Below, one piece after another: positions 63,658 through 64,000 of a DNA stretch of 64,000 nt (positions within the stretch are counted from its first letter, which is position 1; the number at the start of each line of letters is the position of its first letter). The notes beneath the pieces are model-generated. The model saw only the letters and a program-made list of their open reading frames with translations. It made no database searches and was not told where the DNA came from. Position numbers and translations under genes: made by a program. Source of the stretch: Nitrosopumilus sp. (lineage in GTDB: Archaea > Thermoproteota > Nitrososphaeria > Nitrososphaerales > Nitrosopumilaceae); NCBI GenBank assembly GCA_965238275.1, contig OZ250186.1:1376001-1440000 (forward strand), in the 5' to 3' direction.

Positions 63658-63730
63658 CCAACTTTGTTGCATAGATTAACACATCAAAATACCAACCAAA
63701 TTTTCAAGGAATAACCGGTAGATAAAAGAG

Positions 63731-64000
63731 ATGAGCATGGCACCGCAAGAATTGGAAAATATGGCAAGCAAGTATGCCTCTGAGGCGATCAAATTTGACT
63801 CTCAGGGGGCCCGTGGCATGGCAATTACCCACTACCAGCACGCAATAGATGCGCTGGTAAAGCTGCTGCACCTGTATCCCACCAGCAAGCTGAACCAGAT
63901 ATACAAGGAGAGGTGCCAGTCATACCATAACCGAATTACCGTACTGCAGCAGGCACGCGGAGTGGAGCCTGCAGTGGATCCCAAGGCATCTGCCGAGGAG
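63731..64000 (+). CDS. cdvC: CdvC/Vps4 AAA ATPase, N-terminal MIT domain (3'-truncated by window edge)
   Basis: MSMAPQELENMASKYASEAIKFDSQG...AITHYQHAIDALVKLLHLYP. Confidence 0.88.
   Translation, partial: MSMAPQELENMASKYASEAIKFDSQGARGMAITHYQHAIDALVKLLHLYPTSKLNQIYKERCQSYHNRITVLQQARGVEPAVDPKASAEE

Overview
Chromosomal window from an ammonia-oxidising thaumarchaeon (Nitrosopumilaceae-like). The serpin, large DUF285/BspA repeat proteins, IS load and high coding GC suggest a host- or sponge-associated lineage; this is inference. The core backbone is ileS, dpsl, sucCD, rpl40e, xpb-bax1, ppa, pepF, pdaD, malonic-semialdehyde reductase, uvrBAC, gltA, trmB, cdvB-like and cdvC, plus tRNA-Val(CAC) with a non-canonical BHB intron and tRNA-Thr(UGU). 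Accessory DNA includes a shattered beta-propeller surface-protein gene, three toxin-antitoxin-like loci, an integrase pseudogene, two IS5-family elements and an IS66-like MITE. The most notable signals are: (1) rpl40e split by a clean 44-nt frame-breaking insert; (2) many short foreign inserts in the propeller gene; (3) a repeated promoter plus signal-peptide cassette around secreted proteins that share an N-terminal domain; (4) a structured ncRNA candidate upstream of tRNA-Thr; (5) pervasive trinucleotide expansions. Assembly artefact cannot be excluded for (1) and (2). All product calls rest on motif recognition; no database search was run.
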